Shown piece after piece: positions 52,001-64,000 of a stretch of 64,000 bases of DNA. Below the pieces are notes generated by a model. That model worked only from the letters and a program-made list of their open reading frames with translations, searched no databases and was not told the DNA's origin. The stretch spans positions 29,326,001 to 29,390,000 of the forward strand of contig OX597817.1 of the NCBI GenBank assembly GCA_951406725.2. Reading direction: 5' to 3'. Numbering within the stretch: the stretch's first letter is position 1; every line of letters starts with the position of its first letter. A program made the translations under genes and the position numbers. Source of the DNA: Octopus vulgaris (Eukaryota).

Positions 52001-52303
52001 GGAGGCACATGGCCTAGTGGTTAGAGCAGTGGACTTTCAGGTTAGGGATCATGGGTTCGAATCTCAGACCGGGCGATGTGTGTGTTTATGAGCGAAACGC
52101 CTAAGCTCCATGCAGCTCCAGCAGAAGGTAGTGGCGAACTGCTGCTGACTTTTTTGCCACAACTTTCTCTCACTCTTTCCTCCTGCATGTTGCAACTCAC
52201 CTGCGATGAACCAGCATCTCGTCCAGGTGGGGAACTTATACACCAAGGAAACCGGCCCTATGAGCCAGGCATGGCTCGAGATGGAACAAACAAAACAAAA
52301 CAA
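52001..52303 (+). mobile_element. tRNA-derived SINE family D
   Basis: A box tggcctagtgg, B box ggttcgaatct; (aaaac)n tail; TSD atttgtgtaYgt. Confidence 0.82.
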
Positions 52304-53642
52304 TTTGTGTACGTATGTTGGTGTATATCTGATGGGGGTATATTGAAAAAAAAAACCCCAATAAACCAATGCAATCAAATGAAAATTGAATCTAGTATTT
52401 GTTCTGTCCAAGTTGCACAGACAATCCATTGTCACTTTTGCTTGTGGAAATGTGATGGACCTGCATTTAGCATACTGGAAATTGGAAACCAATGATGCTT
52501 ATTGTTCTTTAAATGTGCTGTATAAAAAAAAATAAGTATTTGAAGAGTACTGGTAACAACCATGAACATTAATTACCAGTATTCAAACCAGTAAATAACT
52601 TCATTAAAAAGTCCTTACAACACTGCTTTTATTGAACAAGAAATGGAAAAATATGCTTCAACTAATTTAAAAAAAACGAAACTTTTGATTTCAAGTTGTC
52701 TCTCTTACTTTTGTTTGACTTTGTTAAACATTGTTCAACAAGGCTTGCCTTTCTTTAGTCCTAGGGTACAAGCACTATCTATTAATTAAAGTTATTGGTC
52801 TCACCACATCATGTCTGCTAGTGCTTCACTGTAAAAGTTTTCTTTGTTCAATGGATAAAACATTAAAAGGTAAATGAACCCCACCCTTAATTCAATTGAA
52901 TATATAACAGTCAAAGCTTAATTCTTTCAAACAGTGTGAAATATGGAGGTGCGTGCGGGTGAAGTTTGAAGCGGGGGAACAAAGTCATGATATTCTTAGT
53001 TCAATATAAAAGCTGGTTTCTTTGTGATAATGACTAGTCTTCTTCTCTTATGTGTGAACTACAAGGGAGATTTGCTAGCAGTTATCAATAGCCATGGAAT
53101 ATCATTGTGTCAGTTGTCAATACTGTGTTGCAGCACTTTCTTATCGATTTTAGCATGACACACATATATATAAGAAACTATTGAGATACTTATAAAGACA
53201 CTCTGTAGAGGTAATTCTTCATTATTCTTGCTAGTGTGTTGACCAGAAAACTTTCTCTTTTTCTATAAAAGAAGATCTAACTTGAATCTTGTAAATAATT
53301 CTGAAGGAGATATAACTCAAATACACTGGTGCTTGCATTTATATATTGTTTACATATTGTATGAATAGCATGCATGCTAACACCTGTGATCTGAACAAGG
53401 TAGGTTCTACATAAAGACATACCCATGCCTATACCATATTTCACATACACGAACAAATACAGATATGAGCAGACTTCGGTATACAGACACAGAATATTTT
53501 CATGTCAATGTGTATATAAGCAGACAAACATTTCTTCACATACAAGCACAAGTGTGCGTGTGTATAAATACAGACATACTTACACACATATATACATTTT
53601 CACACATCTACATAAATACATGTACATCCATAATTTTATGAT

Positions 53643-53872
53643 GGCGGTGAGCTGGCAGAACAGTTAGCACGCCGGGTGAAATGCGTAGCCGTATTTCGTC
53701 TGCCGTTACGTTCTGAGTTCAAATTCCGCCGAGGTCGACTTTGCCTTTCATCCTTTAGGGGTCGGTAAAATTAAGTACCAGTTATGCAGTGGGGTCGATG
53801 TAATCGACTTAATTCGTTTGTCTGTCCTTGTTTGTCCCCTCTATGTTTAGCCCCTTGTGGGTAATAAAGAAA
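53643..53872 (+). mobile_element. SINE family B
   Basis: Full length; TSD cataattttatg. Confidence 0.92.
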
Positions 53873-54182
53873 CACATAATTTTATGTATGTATATGTTTG
53901 TATGTTTATGTGTATACATTCAACAGTATGTAGACTGATAAATATATTCCCGTTTTTATATGACCATATCTAAACAAAAGATGCTGAATTTATTATTGCT
54001 TACATACATTAATAAATATATTCATCTTACATATAAATAGCACCAACCGAAATTTTTTTACCAATAATTCCACTTTTTCTCTGAACTTTTGGAGTATCCT
54101 TTCTTTGTATTTGAAAAGGGGTATCTTTCCTGAAATATAAGAGAAGTTAACATATGTAAGCTAATACTCTATGTATTTTTAT

Positions 54183-54490
54183 GGAGGCGCAATGGCCCAA
54201 TTGTTAGGGCAGTTGACTCGTGGTCGGAGGATCGCGGTTTCGTTGTGTGTGCTTACTGAGCGAAAACACCTAAAGCTCTACGAGGCTCCGGCAGGGGGTG
54301 GCGACCTCTGTTGTACTCTTTCGCCCCAACTTTCTCTTGCTCTTTCTTCCTGTTTCTTGAGTAATGCTGTGATGGACTGGCGTCCCGTCCAGCTGGGGGG
54401 GGGGGGGGAACACATACGCCATAGAAACCGGGAAACTGGACCCATGAGCCTGGCTAGGCTTGAAAAGGGCGCATAAATAAATAAAAAAAT
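54183..54490 (+). mobile_element. tRNA-derived SINE family D
   Basis: Homologous to 52001-52303; gatggactggcgtcccgtccag block. Confidence 0.82.
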
Positions 54491-55244
54491 ACACTATATA
54501 TTTTGCCTAACTTCTGTCCTTCATTGCTCAATGGTTTTTAAAACCACTTATATAATTTAAACATTGCAATATTTCAAGCAAATTACAATAATCTTATATC
54601 ACCCATATCATCATCTAATGTTCATGTTCTATGCTGGTCAGGATCGCCCTCCACTGTCCTATTTGGCATGGCTTATACTGTTGGACATCCTTCTTAATGC
54701 CACCCACTTTGCAGTGTGCAGTGGGTATTTTTTCCACTAGCAATAATGAATGCACCATGCTGCATGCAATGGCTACAAACCGCAAAAGAGGTGGCTCTAT
54801 AGTAGAAGATGGAGTGTTAAAATATGAAAGAAAGAGTAGTAGCAGAACTGGTTTATTGCAGTAAAGAAGCTGCATGACTAAATATATTTTAGAAGAAATT
54901 GTGGGGTCACACACATACACACGTGAAGGGTGTTGTACCTACAAACCAGCAATCATGAGTTTCATCTCCATGACCAAGTGGCATGTTGTATTCCGAAGGA
55001 AAACATGTCATTTCATGTTACTGCAGTTCACTCGGTTGTAAGTGGGTAACCTTGCAACAGATTAGCCTTCCACTCAAGGGGTATGTAGGCCTGCTCACCT
55101 AACCAGCAGAGTGGCATCATTCAAAAGCTAAAATGAAGCAAAGCGCATTGTGACCAGTGATATATAATGTATAATGGCAGCTGACTGTCAGGTTGATTAT
55201 ATGATTACATGATATATATATATATATACATATATATAGATATA

Positions 55245-55546
55245 CTACTAATATAGGATAAAATTATTTCAGAAAAAATTTCATCAAACGTGGCAACATA
55301 TTAAAATACTTTTAAAGGTGAAAATTATAAACAACTTATAAACAAGGGCAAAAGAAAGATATTTCTATGCCAATATGCTGAGAACAGACTTAAATCGTCA
55401 ATCACCACATTTCAATATACATTCACTATAAATATACAACATATATTTATAGTGAATGTATATTGAGATGTGGTGACTGATGAGTTAAGTCTGTTCTCAG
55501 CATATTGGCATAGAAATACTTTTTTTTGCCCTTGTTTATAAGTTAT
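55245..55546. mobile_element. Fold-back element related to the 504-bp hammerhead unit
   Basis: Arms ~55332-55436 and ~55443-55545 are inverted; 55255-55382 aligns by eye with 39801-39950; TA-rich flanks. Confidence 0.75.
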
Positions 55547-55609
55547 ATATACATACATACACATACATACATTCACCAATGTGTGTGTGTGTTTGTGTTA
55601 TTTGTGAAA

Positions 55610-55920
55610 GCACTTGGCTTAGTTGTTAGGGCATTTGGCTCATGATCATAAGACCGTGAGTTCAATTCCCAGCAAAGTGTTGTGTCCTTGAGCAAGACAC
55701 TTTATTTCATGTTGCTCCAGTCCACTCAGCTGGCAAAAATGAGTTGAACCTGTATTTCAAAGGGCCAGCCTTGTCACACACTGTGTCATGCCGAATCTCC
55801 CTGAGAACTGCACTAATGGTACATGCGTCTGTGGAGTCACTTGCACATTAATTTCATGAGCAAGCTGTTCTGTTGATCACATCAGTTAGGACCCTCATTG
55901 TCGTAACCAATGCAGTGCTT
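55610..55920 (+). mobile_element. CORE-like SINE
   Basis: tggcttagttgttagg head, gagttcaattccc, tgttgtgtccttgagcaagacactttatttca. Confidence 0.75.
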
Positions 55921-56889
55921 CTATATCTATATTGTGTTATTTCATTAACATAAATTACAAAATAACTCAAGGGACAAGAGTTTTGTGCATTGACTGCAGC
56001 AAAATACACTTGTGCAAGGTGCCACACAATGGTACTGAACCTAAGATCACATGGTTGGGAAGCAAGCTTCTTAACCACACAAAAGATTCTATAACTCTAT
56101 TTCTTGCTCATGTGGGACCTGGATGAAGCCTCCCTCCACCTTACTTCTTGAATGCAACTCATATCAACATGCCTTCATTTAAGCATCTCAACAGTCTCAC
56201 CAGACCTACCTTTCAATGTGCCTACATTGACAGTACCAACTATGAAAAAGTGGAAAGGGATGTAGGAGGTAACATGGAAAGGAGGGGATGGTATTCAGCA
56301 TCTGAAAAGAAGGTTTCAATGAGTTTTTGACAGCAGTATGTTGTATCAGTTGTCCTCACATTAATCTACCATCATTCGTTCATATTAAAAGTGCTGCCTC
56401 TGTTTGAAGTGAGTGTAATACAAGCATTGTTAATATAAGCAGAATTGATACAAACATAAATGGATAAATAATCGAAATGAATAATTAAAATAGCTAATGG
56501 TAGTTTTTTTAATTGACTAAATAAGTAATGGAGTCTCCTTTTGGTGCATGCAGTCATGTGAATGAGACTGCTGGCGGTAGGGAGACCATGAGAAGTTTTC
56601 TGGTACAGAAGAGAGTATTTTGTTACCAGAGGTGGAGGTGGAGCCATGGGAGCTTTCTGGTACAGGGGAGAGACTTCCAGTTTAAGTGGTGGGGTGGAAA
56701 TAGGTGGGCACATCATGAATAAGGAAGGACAGAAAACTGTAATTTCCTGAGACATGACAGAAATAAATAGAGAGAAGAACAGAGAAATCAGGGAAGAAAT
56801 ATTGTAAATAGAAGACCTATGGTTATGTAAATTAAGATTATGAATTAGAGGTAAACATGATAGTACACAGAATAATAAGAATAGGATGA

Positions 56890-57116
56890 TGCGAGCTGGC
56901 AGAAATGTTAGCACACCGGGTGAAATGCCTAGCGGTATTTCGTCTGCCGTTATATTCTGAGTTCAAATTCTGCCGAGATCGAGTTTGCCTTTCATCCTTT
57001 CGGGGTCGATAAATTAAGTACCGGTTATGCACTGGGGTCGATGTAATCGACTTAATCCCTTTGTCTGTCCTTGTTTGTCCCTTCTATGTTTAGCCCATTG
57101 TGGGCAATAAAGAAAT
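56890..57116 (+). mobile_element. SINE family B
   Basis: Near full length; TSD taggatgatg. Confidence 0.9.
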
Positions 57117-57333
57117 AGGATTAGGATGATGTAAGAAATTAAAGCAAGGGATCAAAGGCATGGGGTGCATAACTAATGAGCTTCAAAATTATAAGTTAGC
57201 TTAAATTAAATTGAATTATAGGTGGGTTAGTATTTTATAAGGTAGAAATGCAAATAAATGAATGATGTATGATTAAGGGGATGAAGAATTAATTGGTGGA
57301 GGTAAAGAATACATACACCACCCATTTTCAGTG

Positions 57334-57384
57334 TAACCCTAACCCTAAGCTTAACCATAACCTGAACTATAACCCTAACCCTAA
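57334..57384. repeat. Degenerate (TAACCC)n telomere-like tract
   Basis: taaccctaaccctaagcttaaccataacctgaactataaccctaaccctaa. Confidence 0.75.
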
Positions 57385-57765
57385 ACGCCGAAAATAGGTG
57401 GTTTGTGTATTCTTTACCTTCACCGTAGAATCAATGTTTAGCTGGATAATTCGTTGCATGTGGCAGGTAGGAAGTAGTGCAATTTGAAGGACCATGCATG
57501 TACAGAGGGGTTTATGTAAGTCAGCAACAGGAAGAAGAAAAGGAAAAGGGAAAGAGATGAGTTTGATCACCGGAAATGGTAGCCAAGAGAGAGATATGAG
57601 GAAAAAACAGTTATACTAGGTTCCAGGATAGAGGCAGTAATTATCATTGTGGATTACGAAGGATAGAAAGACTGCACCTTTCCGAGGTGAAGATGTGAAA
57701 TATGAGCATTCACTTACAAGTAAGTACTTACACACACACACACGCTCACACATACATACATATAT

Positions 57766-58025
57766 ATCCTTAAATCCTTAAAAAATGTTTTAGCCCGAAG
57801 GCCACGGCCATGCTGGGGCACCACCGCTGAATGAGCTACACTAGCTTGTGAATCTACCTCTGATACGTGGCACTTGATCAACAAGGGAGTTCGATGCTGC
57901 TGCCCGCATCCGTGTCTCCCGTCGCGAGGTAGGTTCATCCGGGACTCCCAACAAGAAGAGATCCAGTTTAGTTTTAAAGAAACCCACATCCACACCATGT
58001 AAGTCTCTCAGGCATTTAGGGAGGA
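57766..58025 (-). mobile_element. CR1-like LINE 3' end
   Basis: [32 protein letters not shown]...[11 protein letters not shown] (FK..LD..L motif); short UTR ending in (tttaagga)2. Confidence 0.8.
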
Positions 58026-58127
58026 TGTATATATATATATATGTATATGTATTACATATATATATATATACATATATATGTATGTGTATTACATATATAT
58101 ATATATACATATATATGTATGTATTAC

Positions 58128-58158
<31 letters not shown>

Positions 58159-58198
58159 CATATATATGTATTACATATATATATATATATATACACAC

Positions 58199-58237
<39 letters not shown>

Positions 58238-58341
58238 AGATGTATGTATATATATGTATATATGTGTGTATATAGATATATGTATCTCTATATGCGTATG
58301 TGTATGTATGTATGTATGTGTGTGTGTGCATGTGTATGCAT
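58026..58341. repeat. (TA)n/(TATG)n compound microsatellite
   Basis: Direct reading. Confidence 0.9.
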
Positions 58342-58839
58342 GTAAGTACTCACGTGTAAGCGGATGCTGATATCCCACATCTTCACCTAATTGAAGTTGT
58401 GGAAGATATTTACATTGCCTGTTGGCATTGCAAAGCGATTGCTGTGCACTTTCAAAAACCTGCGGCATATGAAAATAGAATTTATACTTGCAAAACAAGC
58501 AAAATTTGGCAACTGGAATCATATCTGTCTGCACAAACTTGATGCAAAACAACTCCTCGTCCAAACTATATTAGCACTATGGCCTAGTGCTTTAACTGTT
58601 ATACTCTCAACTGCTAGATTGTGAGTTTGATTCCCAGACTGGGCAGTGCATTGTGTTCTTGAACTAAACATTTCATTTCACATTGCTATAGTCACCATTT
58701 GGACTGGTGAGGAATGCTGGCCTGGCCCACCTAGCCAATGGGGTGGTGTCAATCAAAGGTTAAAATGATGTAAAGCACATTGTAACCAGTGATGTGTAAC
58801 AACACTTGATAGCCTAGTCAGTCATGTGATCAAGTGATA

Positions 58840-59230
58840 TCATCATCATAATCATCTCCATCATCGTTTAATGTCCGTTTTCCATGCTAGCATGGGTTGG
58901 ACGGTTCGACTGGGGTCTGGGAAGCCAGGAGGCTGCACCAGGCTCCAGTCTGATCTGGCAGTGTTTCTACAGCTGGATGCCCCTCCTAACACCAACCACT
59001 CCGTGAGTATAGTGGGTGCTTTTTACGTGCCACTGGCACAGGTGCCAGGGTGGAGGCTGGCAATGGCTATGATTGGTTGGTGCTTTTTACGTGCCACCGG
59101 CACGGAAGCCAGTCAAGGCAGCACTGGCATAGGCCACGCTTGGATGGTGCTTTTTACATGCCACTGGCACAGGTATCACAACTACAATTTCCATTTGATG
59201 TTTTGATGTTGATGTACTTGATTCAATAAG
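58840..59230 (-). mobile_element. RTE family C 3' UTR
   Basis: (CAT)n tail, conserved block, repeat array. Confidence 0.85.
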
Positions 59231-60240
59231 TCTCCTCAAGCACAGTAGATCGCCCTATGATCCAAGGTAAGCACAGCAGGCCATCCTGCGATCCAAGGCA
59301 TTTTGGATGGGTTGGGTCTTCTATGTGAAGCTGGTGCAGGAAACAGCCATGAATTTATATGTATATAAACACACAGACACCTGCATAAACATATAATACA
59401 GGAGTGACACACAAATTCCTTGAGGTGGTCCCTTATGTCCTTTTTTTAAATATAACTTTCAATGCTTCCAGAACTGGTTTTTATCCTTCGTCCTTCAAGT
59501 GATCAATAAATGAGCAATAACAACATAATGTGATTGATTCCAATGACTATTACCTTTCCCTTCATATCTGCAGTCTCTCTTTTTTTTTCTTCTGAATATT
59601 AGAAATCAATTTATGCATATATGCAATAGTAAACACTAGGTAACCATTCAAATATCCACAACATTTATACACATGTATATTGAATTTATTTACTCTGTTT
59701 TATTCTGTACTCTTCAGCCAGTAGATTGCATATAAAAATAACAAAAACTGAAGGCCAATTACAAATGTCTACACATAAATGGTGTACATTTTTTGTAACT
59801 TATTCAATAACAAAACCAGTTTAACAAACTGCCACAAAATGAAAGCAAGCAATAAATAAATGAATAAAATAAAATAAAAAATTTTAAAAATATTACATAA
59901 AAATGGCATTTTTTTTTTCCCCTTTTGTACTCTTTGCATGTCAGTTTAAAAGCAATTACTGCATTGGTAAATTGCAAACCTCAGAATATGAAATCTAGAG
60001 CAGTTATTGTTTTTTCACCTTGTATAGTTATTTAAATCCATTCAATTGAACGCTCAAGCATCAGTTTTTTCCTAAGTGTGAAGCAATATTGTTATTTGAT
60101 GGGAACTATAAGAAGTGTAGGGCCAGTATTTATTTAAAATTATGCAAGTACACACACATAACAACATTTGTATTGTATGTGTGTATATATGTATGTGTGT
60201 ATGCGTATGTGTGCACATGTGTGTGTATTCTATTTATTTT

Positions 60241-60478
60241 GCTATCTATCTATCTACCTACCTATCTATTTTGCTATCTATCTAATCTATCTGCCTACCT
60301 ATCTAATCTATCTGCATATCTACCTACCTATCTATCTATTTTGCTATCTATCTAATCTATCTGCCTATCTATCTTGCTATCTATCTACCTACCTATCTAA
60401 TCTATCTTCCTATACATCTTGCTATCTATCTATCTAACCTAGCTACCTATATCTATTTTGCTATCTACCTACCTATTT
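60241..60478. repeat. (CTAT)/(CTAC) compound repeat
   Basis: Direct reading. Confidence 0.9.
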
Positions 60479-61003
60479 ATTTATGATATATATATATATA
60501 CATATATATATATACATATATACATACATATATATATAAAAACAAAATATAAATAATGAAAAATTTTGAACTATGTAAAAGTAAACCGGACAAGGTGACA
60601 ATGAGTAAAAGACATTCTTATTTAGCAAAAACATTGTTTTGATTTGCTTCACTTAATGCCAATTCATTGAAAGACATGAAAGAAAGAAAAAAATGGTAAA
60701 AGATGACAGATAAAGAATTGTGGAGAAGCAACACAAGCTCACTTGATACTTGGTACTTTGCTTCCCTTTGAAAACAAGTGTGTAAACAGGAAAACGGTAT
60801 GAGGTGGGGGTGTAGAAAAAAAGATAAATATCATAAAAAGCTAAGAAAAATATTCAACGAAAAATGAATGCGGATAGAAAGTATATGAAAATGTTTCATA
60901 AATTGTCTGGTTTCCATTTTGTTTTTGTTTCTTTTACATTGCTTCAATTCCTTCAGGTCTGTTTTGTACTGCTTTCTGCAAGTGGTTTCACCCACACACA
61001 TAC

Positions 61004-61044
<41 letters not shown>

Positions 61045-62014
61045 TACATACATTCAAACCTAAGCACACACATACACATATGTAACACACATGTATCTAC
61101 ACACTTGCACACATACATACATACACATATATTATAATAATTTTTTTATCTTTACAAAGTTCATTGAATTTTTATTTAAATTTTTTCTTCTTTTTATTCT
61201 ATTCTTTTATTTGAGATGTTTTCTTTGCCTTATTTAGATGTCTGCCTTCTACATTTCAGCACTTCAACAGATAAGCAAAAATAATATTTTTCTGATTTTT
61301 TTTCATTTTCTCTTTTCTTTTTTCTTGTAATGCACTAAAGAGATTTTTCTTCTTCATTTTAAATATGTTTTCTTTATCTTAACATTACTTCAATGCATGT
61401 GAAAGAAAAAAAAATATTATCACCTTGACACAGATTAATACAAGTTCTTTTGTTCTTTTATATTTCTTTTATGCTATTCTGCCATTGAAAGAACAGAACA
61501 TTCTCCTAATGATATTTCTAGAGCTGAAAACATTGTCAGTATCAGAAAGCATCAAATAAGGAAAGTTCCAGAAACCAAATGTTCTTCCATAGTATTGCCG
61601 ATTGGAAAAAACAAAAAATAGATTAACCAGCAACTGAAATCATTAGCTAGACAAAATGAGGGGGAAAAGCAAAGCCAAATAGAACAGGACAGCTTATTAA
61701 TATTTAGTAGCGGAAATATTTTATTATTGATGTAAATGGTACTTAATGTCTAGAGTTCAGATCTCTAATGTGAATTAATGATTATCAGAAAGATTAGCAA
61801 TTACAACTAACTCTTTAAAGTTACTCCAGAAGAAACATAATATCTGGTTTTATACTACAAGGTAAATCTTTGGTCTTGTACGTCAATCAGTCAAGTACCC
61901 ATGGCTGACTTGTTCCTCAATCTCTCAATGCCCTTGGTGTGTTTAACCTGTGCACCTTCCTGTTCATGTCTTTTCTCAAGGAGTTGGCCTGTTTCCATTT
62001 TGATGGAACATTAA

Positions 62015-62236
62015 CCCTTTTGAAGCCCAACCCGCGTGAAACAACCTCTGGCTCTGAGTACAAACGTCTTGTTTTCAAAAGTTCTGAATTAAAATCTTCT
62101 ACCAAACCTTAGTCACAATTTATGTTCCTAACACTAGGTTAATGATAACGAAGTTATTTCATTAATTTCTTTGTTGTATTTAAAATTAATTGAAAGAAAC
62201 ACAGGGCATCTCAACAGAAATATGGTAACGAAAGGG
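62015..62236 (+). mobile_element. piggyBac-type MITE, 222 bp
   Basis: TTAA|CCCTTT...AAAGGG|TTAA; same body as the other two copies. Confidence 0.88.
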
Positions 62237-62501
62237 TTAATGACTTCATGTTTTTAACACTTTCAGAAGACCTGTAATTCTCATTGTTGCTGCTCCTTCC
62301 TTCAAACTCAGCAAAAACAAAAACAACACCACAGTGTTCCTAATCTCTAACTTCAGACATTGACTTACTTCTATTCAAACTAACAAAACAATGTGATAAA
62401 ACTAGAGCTAAAATACTTACTTTTAACAGCTTACATGACAAAAGACAGAGATTCCACCAAGTGAAATGTACAGAGCTATGAAACTTTAACTGAGAGATGC
62501 T

Positions 62502-62851
62502 CTCTTTACTTGTTTCAGTCATTTGAATGTGGCCATGCTGGAGCACCGCCTTTAGTTGAGCAAATCGACCCCAGGACCTATTCTTTGTAAGTACTTATTC
62601 TATTGGTCTCTTTTGCCAAACCGGTAAGTTACAGGGACGTAAACACACCAGCATCGGTTGTCAAGCAATGTTGGGGGACACACACATACGACGGGCTTCT
62701 TTTAGTTTCCATCTACCAAATCCACTCACAAGGCTTTGGTCGGCCTGAGGCTATAGTAGAAGACACTTGCCCAAGGTGCCATGCAGTGGGACTGAACCTG
62801 GAATCATGTGGTTGGTAAGCAAACTACTTACCACACAGCCACTCCTATACC
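62502..62851 (-). mobile_element. SINE family A with the internal microsatellite nearly deleted
   Basis: Reverse complement of family A. Confidence 0.88.
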
Positions 62852-63044
62852 TAGATATAGAAGAAAAGAAGCAATATAAAGGTCAGGAAAGAAACAATGT
62901 ACAAATACTAGCACTTTTATGCTTCCATACTTGAACAAGATTTTCTTGCATCTTTGATCTTCCATCATAGGTTTGGGTTAACCAATACCTTGTGAGTAGA
63001 GTTTACTAGGTGGAAACTGTATGAGACTTTATTCATCATCAACA

Positions 63045-63345
63045 TCCCACAGAGCAAACGCCGAACGACGAGACGGCGGCGGCAGCGACGGCAACGACGG
63101 AGGGCGGCGGTTGCTCGGATGGAGGAGACGCGGACTGGATGAGGATATGCGAGACGAGTTGCGCGGCGACGGAGCGATCAGCGGGCGTGCTCTTAGTCAT
63201 CGTCGGCGTCAGCGTCCGCGGGTGTGCGGCCTCACTGTCATTGTTGTTCCTCCTCCTCTGTGCTTCCACTTGTCGGGCTCCCTCCGCGTGTCGTCGTTGG
63301 CCGTGCGATTCGGGGCAGCAGCACTTCGCAACGATGACGGTCTGT
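63045..63345. other. GC/CpG-rich island of unknown origin
   Basis: Abrupt switch to GC-rich, CpG-dense sequence in a CpG-poor AT-rich background. Confidence 0.8.
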
Positions 63346-63699
63346 ATGTACTATTAGTTATTGTAAGTATTGTTTTATTTGTTTCAGTTATTGAGCAGCA
63401 ACAATGAAGTGACACTGGTTCCATGGGTTTAATCAGTCTTATTGACCCTTATAATTATTTGTTTCTTGTAACACTGGTATTTATTTCAGAAGCCCTATTT
63501 GTCAAACTGCTATGTAATGTGACAAGTGCAGACAATATTTTTGGATTTTTACCTTTTGACCGGCAGATTTGGAAAATAATTTTTTGTAACTAAACATTTT
63601 CAAACTTCGTATACTGGTAGAATGTGTCATATAAAACATCTTTTACTCTCAGCGTTTTTGAGAAAAGTTTATATTTACGAAGTTATTTTGTGTTAAATT

Positions 63700-63833
63700 T
63701 GGCTGTGGCCATGCTGGAGCACCCCCTTTAGTTGAGCAAACCGATCCCAGGACTTATTTTTTGTAAGCCTAGTACTTATTCTATCGGTCTCTTTCGCCGA
63801 ACTGCTAAGTTACAGGGATGTACACACACCAGC
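63700..63833 (-). mobile_element. SINE family A 3' fragment
   Basis: ctgtggccatgctggagcacc...acaccagcat. Confidence 0.8.
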
Positions 63834-64000
63834 ATTTTCAACCAATCAATGACATGTATTCAGTTCAATAAAATTACTGTCATTGTTTATCAAAAACAAC
63901 TTCCGGTGGTGTATATTTCATTTGTCACTGTTATTTATGACATATTTCATCTCAGTTATGTTTGTATGAATAAACGAATGTATCTGAAGCATGTTTGCTT

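Noticed and set aside
55476-55520. CTGATGA...GAAA in the hairpin arm
   Set aside because: No stem I or II pairing, and the opposite arm does not conserve the core; ctgatga at 8989 likewise lacks GAAA and stems.
57334-57384. True telomere or chromosome fusion site
   Set aside because: Only ~8 degenerate units, single orientation, internal position.
63530-64000. Possible DNA-transposon-like element at the window end
   Set aside because: No terminus, TSD or second copy is visible inside the window.

Overview
This is AT-rich, microsatellite-dense, repeat-saturated eukaryotic DNA with no intact protein-coding gene that I can support, so it is probably intronic or intergenic. The repeat content points to an octopus/coleoid cephalopod (inference): tRNA-headed CORE-like SINEs, SINEs with a Meta/MESC-like central domain, RTE LINE 3' ends with (GAT)n tails, and (TA)n/(CA)n runs. 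Nearly all ORFs in the track are microsatellite or SINE artefacts. The real coding relics are an RTE endonuclease fragment, a Gypsy-like gag-protease, RTE RT pieces, Penelope-like (PLE) RT and GIY-YIG fragments, a DD34D mariner split by an RTE insertion, a second Tc1/mariner-type fragment and a CR1-like 3' end. There are also TTAA (piggyBac-type) and hAT-type MITEs. The most interesting signal is a cluster of type I hammerhead ribozyme (HHR) motifs read by eye. (1) One HHR sits at the apex of a 425-bp element with 137-bp TGT...ACA terminal inverted repeats (31502-31926). (2) A ~504-bp non-coding HHR-bearing unit lies in tandem plus inverted arrangement between (TA)n tracts (39791-41095; retrozyme/PLE-like). 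(3) One HHR is split by two RTE insertions just upstream of a PLE RT. (4) Several degenerate HHRs and related fold-back palindromes occur elsewhere. Boundaries of degraded repeats are approximate, and no database search or folding program was run.
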